Source of the DNA: Patescibacteria group bacterium
GTDB lineage: Bacteria; Patescibacteriota; Gracilibacteria; UBA1369
NCBI GenBank assembly: GCA_018825335.1
Contig: JAHJEW010000052.1
Coordinates: forward strand, 1 to 54,832
Reading direction: 5' to 3'
DNA length: 54,832 nt
How positions within the stretch are numbered: the stretch's first letter is position 1; every line of letters begins with the position of its first letter. Both the position numbers and the translations under genes were made by a program. Below are positions 1-11,231 of the stretch, piece by piece. The notes beneath the pieces were generated by a model. It saw only the letters and a program-made list of their open reading frames with translations, searched no databases and was not told where the DNA came from.

Positions 1-67
1 GACACTCAAAGACGCAAGGATTCTTTTCCAGATGAGCGATCTGTTCGCTCGAGAATATTGTTCTCAT
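1..67 (-). CDS. 5' fragment of a gene leaving the window; possible small HTH / IS-associated (OrfA-like) protein
   Basis: A minus-strand ATG at 67..65 is followed by 22 open codons to the window edge: MRTIFSSEQIAHLEKNPCVFEC. The xSxEQIxxLxxNPxV start recalls small helix-turn-helix transposase-accessory proteins. Twenty-two residues are too few for a family call. Confidence 0.25.
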   Translation of the reverse strand, partial: MRTIFSSEQIAHLEKNPCVFEC

Positions 68-100
68 GTGTTCTTTTGTTAATTGATATTAATTCTAACA

Positions 101-140
101 AAAGAAAACCGACCTGTGTCCACTTTTTGGGGTACAGATC
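101..140 (-). terminator. Possible intrinsic terminator downstream of tRNA-Leu(TAA)
   Basis: The minus strand reads GATCTGTACC-CCAAAAAGT-GGACACAGGTC followed by GGTTTTCTTTT. This gives about 9 bp of stem (one G-U, small internal loop) and then a T-rich tract. Confidence 0.3.
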
Positions 141-142
141 AG

Positions 143-229
143 TGGTGCCGAGGGCGGGAATCGAACCCGCACAGTATTGCTACTACGGGATTTTAAGTCC
201 CGCGCGTCTACCAATTCCGCCACCCCGGC
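143..229 (-). tRNA. tRNA-Leu(TAA)
   Basis: The reverse complement reads GCCGGGGTGGCGGAATTGGTAGACGCGCGGGACTTAAAATCCCG, then a 15-nt variable arm, then GCGGGTTCGATTCCCGCCCTCGGCACCA. It has a 7-bp acceptor stem, anticodon loop CTTAAAA, a class II long variable arm and an encoded CCA. Confidence 0.9.
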
Positions 230-238
230 ACGAAGGCA

Positions 239-832
239 TTACTTTAAGCGGAAGGATTTTACGATGTTTTCAATAATATTGGAAGTTGATTCCGATTCGC
301 CCGGGGAACTTGCTCCGGTTACAATGTAGGCGTTTTGGTCTTTTACGGCATATGTTTGCCAGTATCTGACCAGTTGATCCTGTGAAGTTTTCCTTGCATC
401 GAAAACCAAAAAGTAGCCCGGAACTTCCTTATCTCCAATAACGATAGTTGATTCCTCCTTTTTAATGTCGCTGTAATCCACTAATCCGGATTTTTGTCTG
501 TTACCAACAAGATTGGCGTACTCTCTGGAATCTGCGTTCTCCTCAAGACTTCTTTTAACAACGTTGACGTTGGCGGTGAAAGTTTCGTTTTTTACATTGT
601 TTCTTATTACAACTACGGTTTCTCCCGGGACCTCGGATGTAAAGTCGTTTTTGTCTATTACTTCCCATCTGGTTGGAATGTTCAGGCTAAAGTCGTTGGT
701 CTGGTAAACGCCTGTGTCCGATTCCGCGGTGGTGCTTGTTCCCGTATCCGATCCGAAATCAAAGCATCCTCCAAGAATGAATAAAGATATGATGGTCAAT
801 ATAGAGATTGAGGCTTTAGAAATATTTTTCAT
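239..832 (-). CDS. Secreted lipoprotein of unknown function
   Basis: 197-aa ORF with an ATG start. The signal peptide ends in the lipobox LGGC (MKNISKASISILTIISLFILGGC). The mature part is hydrophilic and looks beta-rich. No catalytic motif was recognised. Confidence 0.7.
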   Translation of the reverse strand: MKNISKASISILTIISLFILGGCFDFGSDTGTSTTAESDTGVYQTNDFSLNIPTRWEVIDKNDFTSEVPGETVVVIRNNVKNETFTANVNVVKRSLEENADSREYANLVGNRQKSGLVDYSDIKKEESTIVIGDKEVPGYFLVFDARKTSQDQLVRYWQTYAVKDQNAYIVTGASSPGESESTSNIIENIVKSFRLK

Positions 833-848
833 GGTTTTATATTAAGGT

Positions 849-1901
849 TTAAATTTTTGGTTCCGGTACGTTTTTCAGGATTGATGTTTTGAGGAAAGTG
901 AAAAGTTTCTCGCCCTGATACAAGCCGTTGATGGCGTGAACCTTGAGATTCTTTTTTATGAAATTAATGCCGACGCTGTTGTCGGTGACCGGGCCGGAGA
1001 TCACATGCAGAGGCGTGCCGATAGTTTGACAAACTTCAAACAGTTTTACTGCTCCGAGCGGATCGCTGGCACAGCCGATATGTGCCGACATGTGCTGTTG
1101 AAATTCGTGATCCTGCAGAATATCTATGGCTCCGTATTCACCGAAAATTCCATCACCCAATTCTATAACAATATAATCCGGTTTTTTTTTGGACAGGTAA
1201 TTGATGGCTCCTTTTGTGATCCAGATCGATGATTCGTTGGAGTCCGCAGTGGAAACGAAGCCCGCGTCAACTATAGAAACGGTTTCCCTCGCGCCATAAT
1301 CTTCCATCTGCATGCAATCGCGCAGTGCAGCAATTCCGGCCACTTTGGCGCCGCTTACTTTGTATCCTTCCCTGGTCGCTTTCTTAATAATTTCACTGGC
1401 AACAGAAGTTTTGCCCGTGTTCATGCAGCTGCCGCTTACAATAATAAGCGGTACATTGCTTTTAATGCTTTTGGCCTGCGCGAACAGCTTATAATCGCGG
1501 ATGTTTATTGGTTCCTTTTTTTTGTTGATAATCGCTCCCAAAACTTCCACCTTAAGCGGTTTACCCACCTCTTTAAGGTTGGCGCTGGTGCATATTCCAG
1601 CTACGCCACCAAGATTAAGGATATTAATTATGTCCCCGGTTTTCAGCTCATGCGGGACTTCACCGGCAAATCCTTTAAGAGCCCGTCTGTTTCCCAAAGT
1701 GACCACGAGTGTATCGTCGATATGGATAGTGGAAAACCTGCCGGTGGTCAGTTCCAGTTTGTTGTAAATCTTTTTATCCTCAAGAACTTTTACTGCAATA
1801 ACGTATCCATCTTTCGATACAATTCGCTTGCTTATATTGAGAACATGTTTTAGAGGTACGTTTTTTGTGCTTGAAGATATTTTGTCGACGTGTATTTTCA
1901 T
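849..1901 (-). CDS. Uncharacterised protein with dethiobiotin-synthase/DUF1611-like P-loop (tentative)
   Basis: 350-aa ORF with an ATG start. It has a non-canonical Gx5GKT loop (VSGSCMNTGKTSVA) at about residue 165, then IVIELGDGIFGEYG, resembling the EGQGS segment of DUF1611-type proteins. The N-terminal 150 aa look like a beta-barrel domain. The family assignment is uncertain. Confidence 0.65.
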   Translation of the reverse strand: MKIHVDKISSSTKNVPLKHVLNISKRIVSKDGYVIAVKVLEDKKIYNKLELTTGRFSTIHIDDTLVVTLGNRRALKGFAGEVPHELKTGDIINILNLGGVAGICTSANLKEVGKPLKVEVLGAIINKKKEPINIRDYKLFAQAKSIKSNVPLIIVSGSCMNTGKTSVASEIIKKATREGYKVSGAKVAGIAALRDCMQMEDYGARETVSIVDAGFVSTADSNESSIWITKGAINYLSKKKPDYIVIELGDGIFGEYGAIDILQDHEFQQHMSAHIGCASDPLGAVKLFEVCQTIGTPLHVISGPVTDNSVGINFIKKNLKVHAINGLYQGEKLFTFLKTSILKNVPEPKI

Positions 1902-1993
1902 ACGGCAACTTTGAAGGTCTTCGGCATGTTAGCAGATAATGGTATAATAGGCGAGTTGGGAGGATTTTTTATTTATAATGTATTTTATTCGTA

Positions 1994-2947
1994 ATGAAAA
2001 ACAAAAAACTTCAGATTGGGCTGCTTGATTTTAGTAGTGTGTCCCGTCTTGCGCGTAGTGGAAAATCACCCGCTCCAAGAGAGATTCAGGTTTTAAGAAA
2101 TGCGATTAAGCTGCGTGGTCATGTTCCGGTTATTTACAAGGTGCCCAAGTGTCAGATGTATTTTCATGAGCGTGAGGCGGAGATTCTTTATAATAACAAA
2201 AAAATCAAAGGTTGCGATGTTCTGATTCCTCGTGTTTCGATAACGTCCAATCTTACACTGGAGGTTTCCATTGTAAAGCAGTTTCAGTTGATGGGGATGC
2301 CCGTTATTAACGGCTATCTTCCGGTTCAGCGGGCGAAAAACAAACTCAGGACCCTGCAGATTCTGACGCAGCGCAATTTACCCGTACCGCGTACGGTGGT
2401 GGTTCGTCAGATTCAGTATATAGATGCGGCGATTGAGTGTATCGGGGGATATCCGGTGATTTTGAAATCCCCATATGGCTCTTTTGGAGCAGGAGTTGTG
2501 ATTGTGGAAAGTCGCCGGTCACTTTATTCGGCGCTGGACGTTTTATGGATGAACATGAAATCAAATATTTTATTGATTCAGGAATATGTGGCGGAGGCCG
2601 ATGGCAGCGATTACAGGGCTTTTGTAATTGGTAACCGTGTTGTGGCTTCAATGAAGCGTACCGCCCAAAAAGGGGAGTTCAGGTCGAATCTGCATTTGGG
2701 GGGACAGGCCACGGCTATTGAACTGACACCAGATGAGCAGAAAATAGCGATTCGTGCCACCAGGGCATTAAATCTGCAAATTGCCGGAGTGGATATTTTG
2801 CGTTCCAAAGATGGTCCCATAATTATGGAAGTTAACGCAAACCCAGGATTTCTTGGACTGATGGAAGTTACGGGCGTCGATGTGGCAGGTGAAATTGTGG
2901 ATTTCGCGGCAAAATTGGCCGAAAAAAGCGGAAAGGAAAAAGTCTAG
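1994..2947 (+). CDS. rimK: RimK-family ATP-grasp alpha-L-glutamate ligase
   Basis: 317 aa. It carries ATP-grasp hallmarks: [41 protein letters not shown] and [23 protein letters not shown]. Confidence 0.85.
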   Translation: MKNKKLQIGLLDFSSVSRLARSGKSPAPREIQVLRNAIKLRGHVPVIYKVPKCQMYFHEREAEILYNNKKIKGCDVLIPRVSITSNLTLEVSIVKQFQLMGMPVINGYLPVQRAKNKLRTLQILTQRNLPVPRTVVVRQIQYIDAAIECIGGYPVILKSPYGSFGAGVVIVESRRSLYSALDVLWMNMKSNILLIQEYVAEADGSDYRAFVIGNRVVASMKRTAQKGEFRSNLHLGGQATAIELTPDEQKIAIRATRALNLQIAGVDILRSKDGPIIMEVNANPGFLGLMEVTGVDVAGEIVDFAAKLAEKSGKEKV

Positions 2948-3567
2948 GCTTTGTGCCGGGTAACAATCTGGTCGATCAGGCCGTATGAGAGAGCCTCCTG
3001 CGATGACATAAAATAGTCGCGATCCGTATCTTTTTCGACGGTTTTAATTGGTTTCTTGGAATGTTCGGCCAGAATCTTGTTCAGGCGGTCCTTGGTTTTC
3101 ATAATATGTTCGGCGTGAATGGAAATGTCGGTCGCCTGTCCCTGAATACCGCCCAAAGGTTGATGGATCATAACTTCGGCGTTTGGCAGTGCGAAACGTT
3201 TACCTTTGGCTCCCCCTGCCAGCAGAATAGCTCCCATGGAGGCGGCCAGTCCCACGCAAACTGTGGATACCTCAGGTCGAATCAACTGCATTGTGTCGTA
3301 GATGGCCAGTCCGGCGGTTACGTGACCACCCGGGCTGTGTATATATAAGGTAATGTCTTTTTTGGAATCTTCGCTTTCCAAAAAGAGCAGTTGCGCGATT
3401 ATGTTGTTCGCGACGTTATCGTTGATGGCTGTTCCCAGAAAAACAACACGGTCTTTAAGGAGCCTTGAATAAATGTCATAGGCTCTTTCTCCGGCGTGCG
3501 TTTTTTCTATCACAGTCGGAATAAGGATACTTCCCTGAGTTTGATCAATATGCTTATCTTTTGGCAT
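2944..3567 (-). CDS. clpP: ATP-dependent Clp protease proteolytic subunit
   Basis: 207 aa. Motifs: [19 protein letters not shown], the catalytic Ser context [14 protein letters not shown], and IHQPLGG. The stop overlaps the rimK stop by 4 nt (convergent). Confidence 0.95.
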   Translation of the reverse strand: MPKDKHIDQTQGSILIPTVIEKTHAGERAYDIYSRLLKDRVVFLGTAINDNVANNIIAQLLFLESEDSKKDITLYIHSPGGHVTAGLAIYDTMQLIRPEVSTVCVGLAASMGAILLAGGAKGKRFALPNAEVMIHQPLGGIQGQATDISIHAEHIMKTKDRLNKILAEHSKKPIKTVEKDTDRDYFMSSQEALSYGLIDQIVTRHKA

Positions 3568-3698
3568 GTCGCTTGGATTTTTTAAGAAAATACTATGCTT
3601 TATTGTATCATATTTTGATTTTTGCGACTTCCGAACCGTATTGGCATATTGTTATATTATTTTTTGATTCGATAATAATTTATCAATAAAAAATAATA

Positions 3699-3727
3699 TT
3701 GACTTTGCCTGAGCCCCTAACTACAAT
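3699..3727 (+). promoter_or_regulatory. Sigma-70-type promoter for the 16S rRNA gene
   Basis: TTGACT (3699..3704), a 17-nt spacer, then TACAAT (3722..3727). An A/T-rich UP-like tract (AATAAAAAATAATA) precedes it. It lies about 190 nt upstream of the 16S 5' end. Confidence 0.6.
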
Positions 3728-3750
3728 TCATCTGCTATTTGCGCAGTTTA

Positions 3751-3827
3751 GCTCAAATGGTGTCTTATATTTTGAGCCGAAAGGCCTGAAAGTTGTGAGG
3801 TTTGCGGTTCAGAAACGTTCTTTAACA
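3751..3827 (+). promoter_or_regulatory. rRNA leader: boxB-like hairpin plus boxA-like antitermination element
   Basis: Hairpin GCTCAAA(3751..3757)/TTTGAGC(3771..3777). GTTCTTTAACA at 3817..3827 matches the E. coli rrn boxA core GCTCTTTAACA at 10 of 11 positions. Confidence 0.4.
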
Positions 3828-3847
3828 TCCAGTGTGTAATAGAGAAG
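3823..3847 (+). other. 5' half of the 16S processing stem (partner 5588..5612)
   Basis: TAACATCCAGTGTGTAATAGAGAAG at 3823..3847 is the perfect 25-nt reverse complement of CTTCTCTATTACACACTGGATGTTA at 5588..5612. The two halves bracket the 16S gene, as RNase III processing stems do. Confidence 0.8.
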
Positions 3848-3919
3848 TAGTGCCCTAACTATTTTTTCTTTGTAAAGTACAATTGAATCTCTCTTCGGAG
3901 AGAGAGCAATCAAACTTTT

Positions 3920-5497
<1,578 letters not shown>

Positions 5498-5685
5498 AGG
5501 AGACAACAGGAGCCGCATTTCGGTGCGCGCTCCAAGGTCGGGACTTTATTGGGTTTTCGCTTCGGCGAAACTCTGTAGAGTCGGCACCTTCTCTATTACA
5601 CACTGGATGTTAAATTAGTATCCCTTTGAAAAGGATTTTTTTTGCTGTACAATTCTGCTGCTTTGGAATGTGAAAGTTTATTTGT

Positions 5686-5761
5686 GGGGTCTTAGCTCAG
5701 CTGGTAGAGCGCGCCCATGGCATGGGCGAGGTCAGGAGTTCGATCCTCCTAGGCTCCACCA
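5686..5761 (+). tRNA. tRNA-Ala(GGC)
   Basis: GGGGTCT-TA-GCTC-AGCTGGTA-GAGC-G-CGCCC-ATGGCAT-GGGCG-AGGTC-AGGAG-TTCGATC-CTCCT-AGGCTCC-ACCA. The G3:U70 Ala identity pair is present. 76 nt with encoded CCA. Confidence 0.9.
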
Positions 5762-5885
5762 AAAGTGAATACTTTCGATTTTAGCTGCGTCGACTGCAAA
5801 AATTTCTCTCTCGATGTATTTTTCAATACGTCTCGGTCGAAATTTTTTTGTCTCCTTGTAAAATCGAAAGTATTCACTTTTGGTG
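5757..5885. repeat. Perfect 27-bp inverted repeat around a 75-nt loop
   Basis: The left arm CACCAAAAGTGAATACTTTCGATTTTA (5757..5783) is the exact reverse complement of the right arm TAAAATCGAAAGTATTCACTTTTGGTG (5859..5885). The left arm begins with the last 5 nt (CACCA) of tRNA-Ala(GGC). Confidence 0.9.
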
Positions 5886-5967
5886 CGTTTTACGTTGTCA
5901 CGTACCGCGGTTTGCGCGTTTTTCTTGCAAAAAAGATCTGTATATATATAATTCCCTTTGCCCTTGT

Positions 5968-6043
5968 GGGGCATTAGCTCAGCTGGTAGAGCGCCTCGTT
6001 TGCACCGAGGAGGTCAAGAGTTCGAGTCTCTTATGCTCCACCA
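5968..6043 (+). tRNA. tRNA-Ala(TGC)
   Basis: GGGGCAT-TA-GCTC-AGCTGGTA-GAGC-G-CCTCG-TTTGCAC-CGAGG-AGGTC-AAGAG-TTCGAGT-CTCTT-ATGCTCC-ACCA. G3:U70 is present and CCA is encoded. Confidence 0.9.
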
Positions 6044-6053
6044 TTTGTAATGC

Positions 6054-6130
6054 GGGCGTGTAGCTCAGGTGGTTAGAGCGCGTCACTGATAATGACGAGG
6101 TCGGAGGTTCAAGTCCTCCCATGCCCACCA
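6054..6130 (+). tRNA. tRNA-Ile(GAT)
   Basis: GGGCGTG-TA-GCTC-AGGTGGTTA-GAGC-G-CGTCA-CTGATAA-TGACG-AGGTC-GGAGG-TTCAAGT-CCTCC-CATGCCC-ACCA. 77 nt with encoded CCA. Confidence 0.9.
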
Positions 6131-6144
6131 TTTATTCGGATTTT

Positions 6145-6381
6145 ATGGACAGGGTTCTTGTATTTGTTTTCGGATTGCCGCTTGGTATATTAATTATGGT
6201 ATTCCGTTTTCATCTTAAGCAGTTTACAGGAGATATTGCCTGGGCTGAGCAGTATTTAGGCTCGGGTGGTACATATAACCTGTTTATTTTGATCGGCCTT
6301 GTTGTAAGTATACTGTCGGTTATGTATGCATTCGGTACTTTGCAGACTATTATCGGTGGAACGTTCGGAACTATTTTTTAA
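6145..6381 (+). CDS. Candidate small two-TM membrane protein encoded inside the 16S-23S spacer
   Basis: The track ORF 6121..6381 starts inside tRNA-Ile, so I use the next ATG at 6145 (MDRVLVFVFGLPLGILIMVFRF...YNLFILIGLVVSILSVMYAFG...GGTFGTIF, 78 aa). It has two clear hydrophobic helices separated by a polar loop. No obvious Shine-Dalgarno sequence and no recognised family. Confidence 0.4.
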   Translation: MDRVLVFVFGLPLGILIMVFRFHLKQFTGDIAWAEQYLGSGGTYNLFILIGLVVSILSVMYAFGTLQTIIGGTFGTIF

Positions 6382-6415
6382 GGAAGGTGCGTTGCCAGTT
6401 ACTAAAAAATATTTC

Positions 6416-6444
6416 TTGACTTCACATTATGGCTTCCTTATAAT
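6416..6444 (+). promoter_or_regulatory. Near-consensus sigma-70 promoter inside the rRNA spacer
   Basis: TTGACT (6416..6421), a 17-nt spacer, then TATAAT (6439..6444). It lies about 250 nt upstream of the 23S 5' end. Confidence 0.6.
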
Positions 6445-6567
6445 CGGGTGGCTTTGATTTCGTATAAGTAAACATATTACGAACTTTTTGGATCACAATT
6501 TGCGCATACTTCTCAGCTTTAAGTTTTGTAGGTTTTGATGGTTAGACATCCAAATCTTAAGGTTAGG

Positions 6568-6594
6568 GAGTGTGCGTAGCACACTCTTTTTTTT
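6568..6594 (+). terminator. Intrinsic-terminator-like hairpin about 100 nt upstream of 23S
   Basis: GAGTGTGC-GTA-GCACACTC forms a perfect 8-bp stem with a 3-nt loop, followed by eight T (6587..6594). A boxA-like TGCTCATTGAAAA follows at 6594..6606. Confidence 0.6.
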
Positions 6595-6695
6595 GCTCAT
6601 TGAAAACTAGGTGCACAAAAAATAATGTAAAATTACTGAAAATAATAATTAGCGAGAGTTTTTACTCGTAGCTAGTTAAAATGACAAGTTATAAT

Positions 6696-9765
<3,070 letters not shown>

Positions 9766-9828
9766 ATTTGTCAAATTTAACTAGCTATGAGTGGAAGCTC
9801 ATGGCTTACATTACATTAAAAGGCACCA

Positions 9829-9945
9829 TCTTGGTGGCTTTAGAGAGTTGGGTACACCTGTTCCCATCCCGAACACAGAAGTTAAGCAACTCTTCGCCGA
9901 TGATACTCGTGTTATCAATACGGGAAAAGTAGGTCGCCGCCAAGA
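9829..9945 (+). rRNA. rrf: 5S ribosomal RNA
   Basis: TCTTGGTGGC...CCTGTTCCCATCCCGAACACAGAAGTTAAGC...GTAGGTCGCCGCCAAGA. Helix I extends into a 16-bp flanking stem (9822..9837 with 9937..9952). Confidence 0.9.
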
Positions 9946-9954
9946 TGGTGCCTT

Positions 9955-10689
9955 TTAAGTTACCACGTTTTGTTCTTCGTCCCTGATAACGTTGGTTTCT
10001 TCGATGTTTTTCAGTTTCTGGTATCTGGCAGCCATAGGGTTATAGCTGTTATAGAAAAGTTCAATGAGTTGTCTTGAATTAAGTTCCTCCACGTTTAGGC
10101 CGCAGTTCTCAAGTCCGACCTTAACGGTATTTACTCTTTGTGAAAGCTTTTTCTTTAATTCGTTAAATTCGTTGCGACGCTTTTTAACTTCGGAATAATT
10201 ATCTTTGGGATTCATGTTTTGAAAAAACTTTTGAAACATGTTTAGTTTCTCCGCCCTGAAAGGGTCGTATGGTACAATCACATAGAATTCTTTTTCCATA
10301 ATGTCCGCGTATTCCACCAGTTTGGAAATGTATTCTATGTATTCGAATGTTTGTTGCTGAAGCAGCTGATTTGTTTGTTTTTCTCCCGTTTTTCGCAGGT
10401 TGTCCAGATAGTTGTCTATATCAAGTTTTTTTGAGCGAACCACAATCTGAATGGGGAATTCCAGCGTGTTCAGAAAACCCTGATAGGAGTAGATAATGGC
10501 GTTTTGTTCTTCTTCCGATTTCAGGTTGAAGTTGATGCTGGAAACCTTGAGAATACTTCGTAATCCTCCGTTTTTAAGAATGACGGTGGTTTCTCTTATT
10601 TCCGCTATTTTTAAAAATGTTTGCGTGCTTGCAAGCGGGGTTTTTTGTGCCTGTTTTATCGAATCTTTGGTCTTTTTTTCTTTAGCCAT
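9955..10689 (-). CDS. VirB4/TraC-like N-terminal-domain protein lacking the ATPase domain
   Basis: 244 aa. The pattern STQTFLKIAEIRETTVILKNGGLRSILKVSSINFNLKSEEEQNAIIYSYQGFLNTLEFPIQIVVRS matches the N-terminal region of Gram-positive-type VirB4 ATPases, as I recall it. No Walker A or B motif is present. The start lies 6 nt after the PrgI stop. The stop codon (9955..9957) sits in the T-run that closes the 5S stem. Confidence 0.6.
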   Translation of the reverse strand: MAKEKKTKDSIKQAQKTPLASTQTFLKIAEIRETTVILKNGGLRSILKVSSINFNLKSEEEQNAIIYSYQGFLNTLEFPIQIVVRSKKLDIDNYLDNLRKTGEKQTNQLLQQQTFEYIEYISKLVEYADIMEKEFYVIVPYDPFRAEKLNMFQKFFQNMNPKDNYSEVKKRRNEFNELKKKLSQRVNTVKVGLENCGLNVEELNSRQLIELFYNSYNPMAARYQKLKNIEETNVIRDEEQNVVT

Positions 10690-10695
10690 ATTTTT

Positions 10696-11127
10696 TTATA
10701 ATTTTTTTTTGTTTTTTTCATCTTCCAGAAACTTCGAAAGTTTTTCTTGTTTTTCGGTTATTTTATTTATTTGATCTTCTTTTTTTGATATTTTCCTTTT
10801 CATGCTTTCGGGTTCAAGGTCCTTGATGATTTCCGCGGAGGATTTGATCCAGATTCTTTTACGGGGTAAAAGAGAGAATTCTATCCATCTTAAAACCCAT
10901 TTGGTAAAACTAAGGTCGAGAGGTCTTACGAAAGCGAAGGCTATTGTAATGATGGTTACAATCGCTACGGGTGGCAACCAGGTAATCCAAAGGTAGAATT
11001 TTGCCAATGCCGTGAAGATGGCATAGCCGATGGTTCCGCCTATAGCGCAGATGATCATCTGCTTGAGTGTGAGCGGCCCTACGATTTTATCTTCCCGTTG
11101 TACGTTTTGCGGAACTTTAAACTGCAC
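10696..11127 (-). CDS. PrgI-family (VirB3-like) membrane protein
   Basis: 143 aa with a GTG start. The N-terminus (M)QFKVPQNVQREDKIVGPLTLKQMI is followed by two TM helices, typical of PrgI-family proteins. The C-terminal tail is Lys/Glu-rich. Confidence 0.7.
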   Translation of the reverse strand: MQFKVPQNVQREDKIVGPLTLKQMIICAIGGTIGYAIFTALAKFYLWITWLPPVAIVTIITIAFAFVRPLDLSFTKWVLRWIEFSLLPRKRIWIKSSAEIIKDLEPESMKRKISKKEDQINKITEKQEKLSKFLEDEKNKKKL

Positions 11128-11231
11128 GTGTCAAAATGAATGAATAATCCTATTAGTATACCAAAAATTGCTTTAGTCTTCAATGTTTGCTAGCATTCGC
11201 GGAGCGAGGCGAAGCCGAGCGGAGCGATATT

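Noticed and set aside
58-276. Track ORF 58..276 (+, 72 aa).
   Set aside because: It reads straight through tRNA-Leu(TAA) on the opposite strand and into the 3' end of the lipoprotein gene. There is no supporting signal.
5732-5977. Track ORFs 5765..5977 (+, 70 aa) and 5732..5974 (-, 80 aa) between the two tRNA-Ala genes.
   Set aside because: Both span the 27-bp inverted repeat, so they are mirror artefacts. They overlap tRNA sequence and have Phe/Lys-rich, low-information composition.
6121-6144. ATG at 6121 as the start of the spacer ORF.
   Set aside because: That codon lies inside the acceptor stem of tRNA-Ile(GAT). The next in-frame ATG (6145) is used for the candidate CDS.
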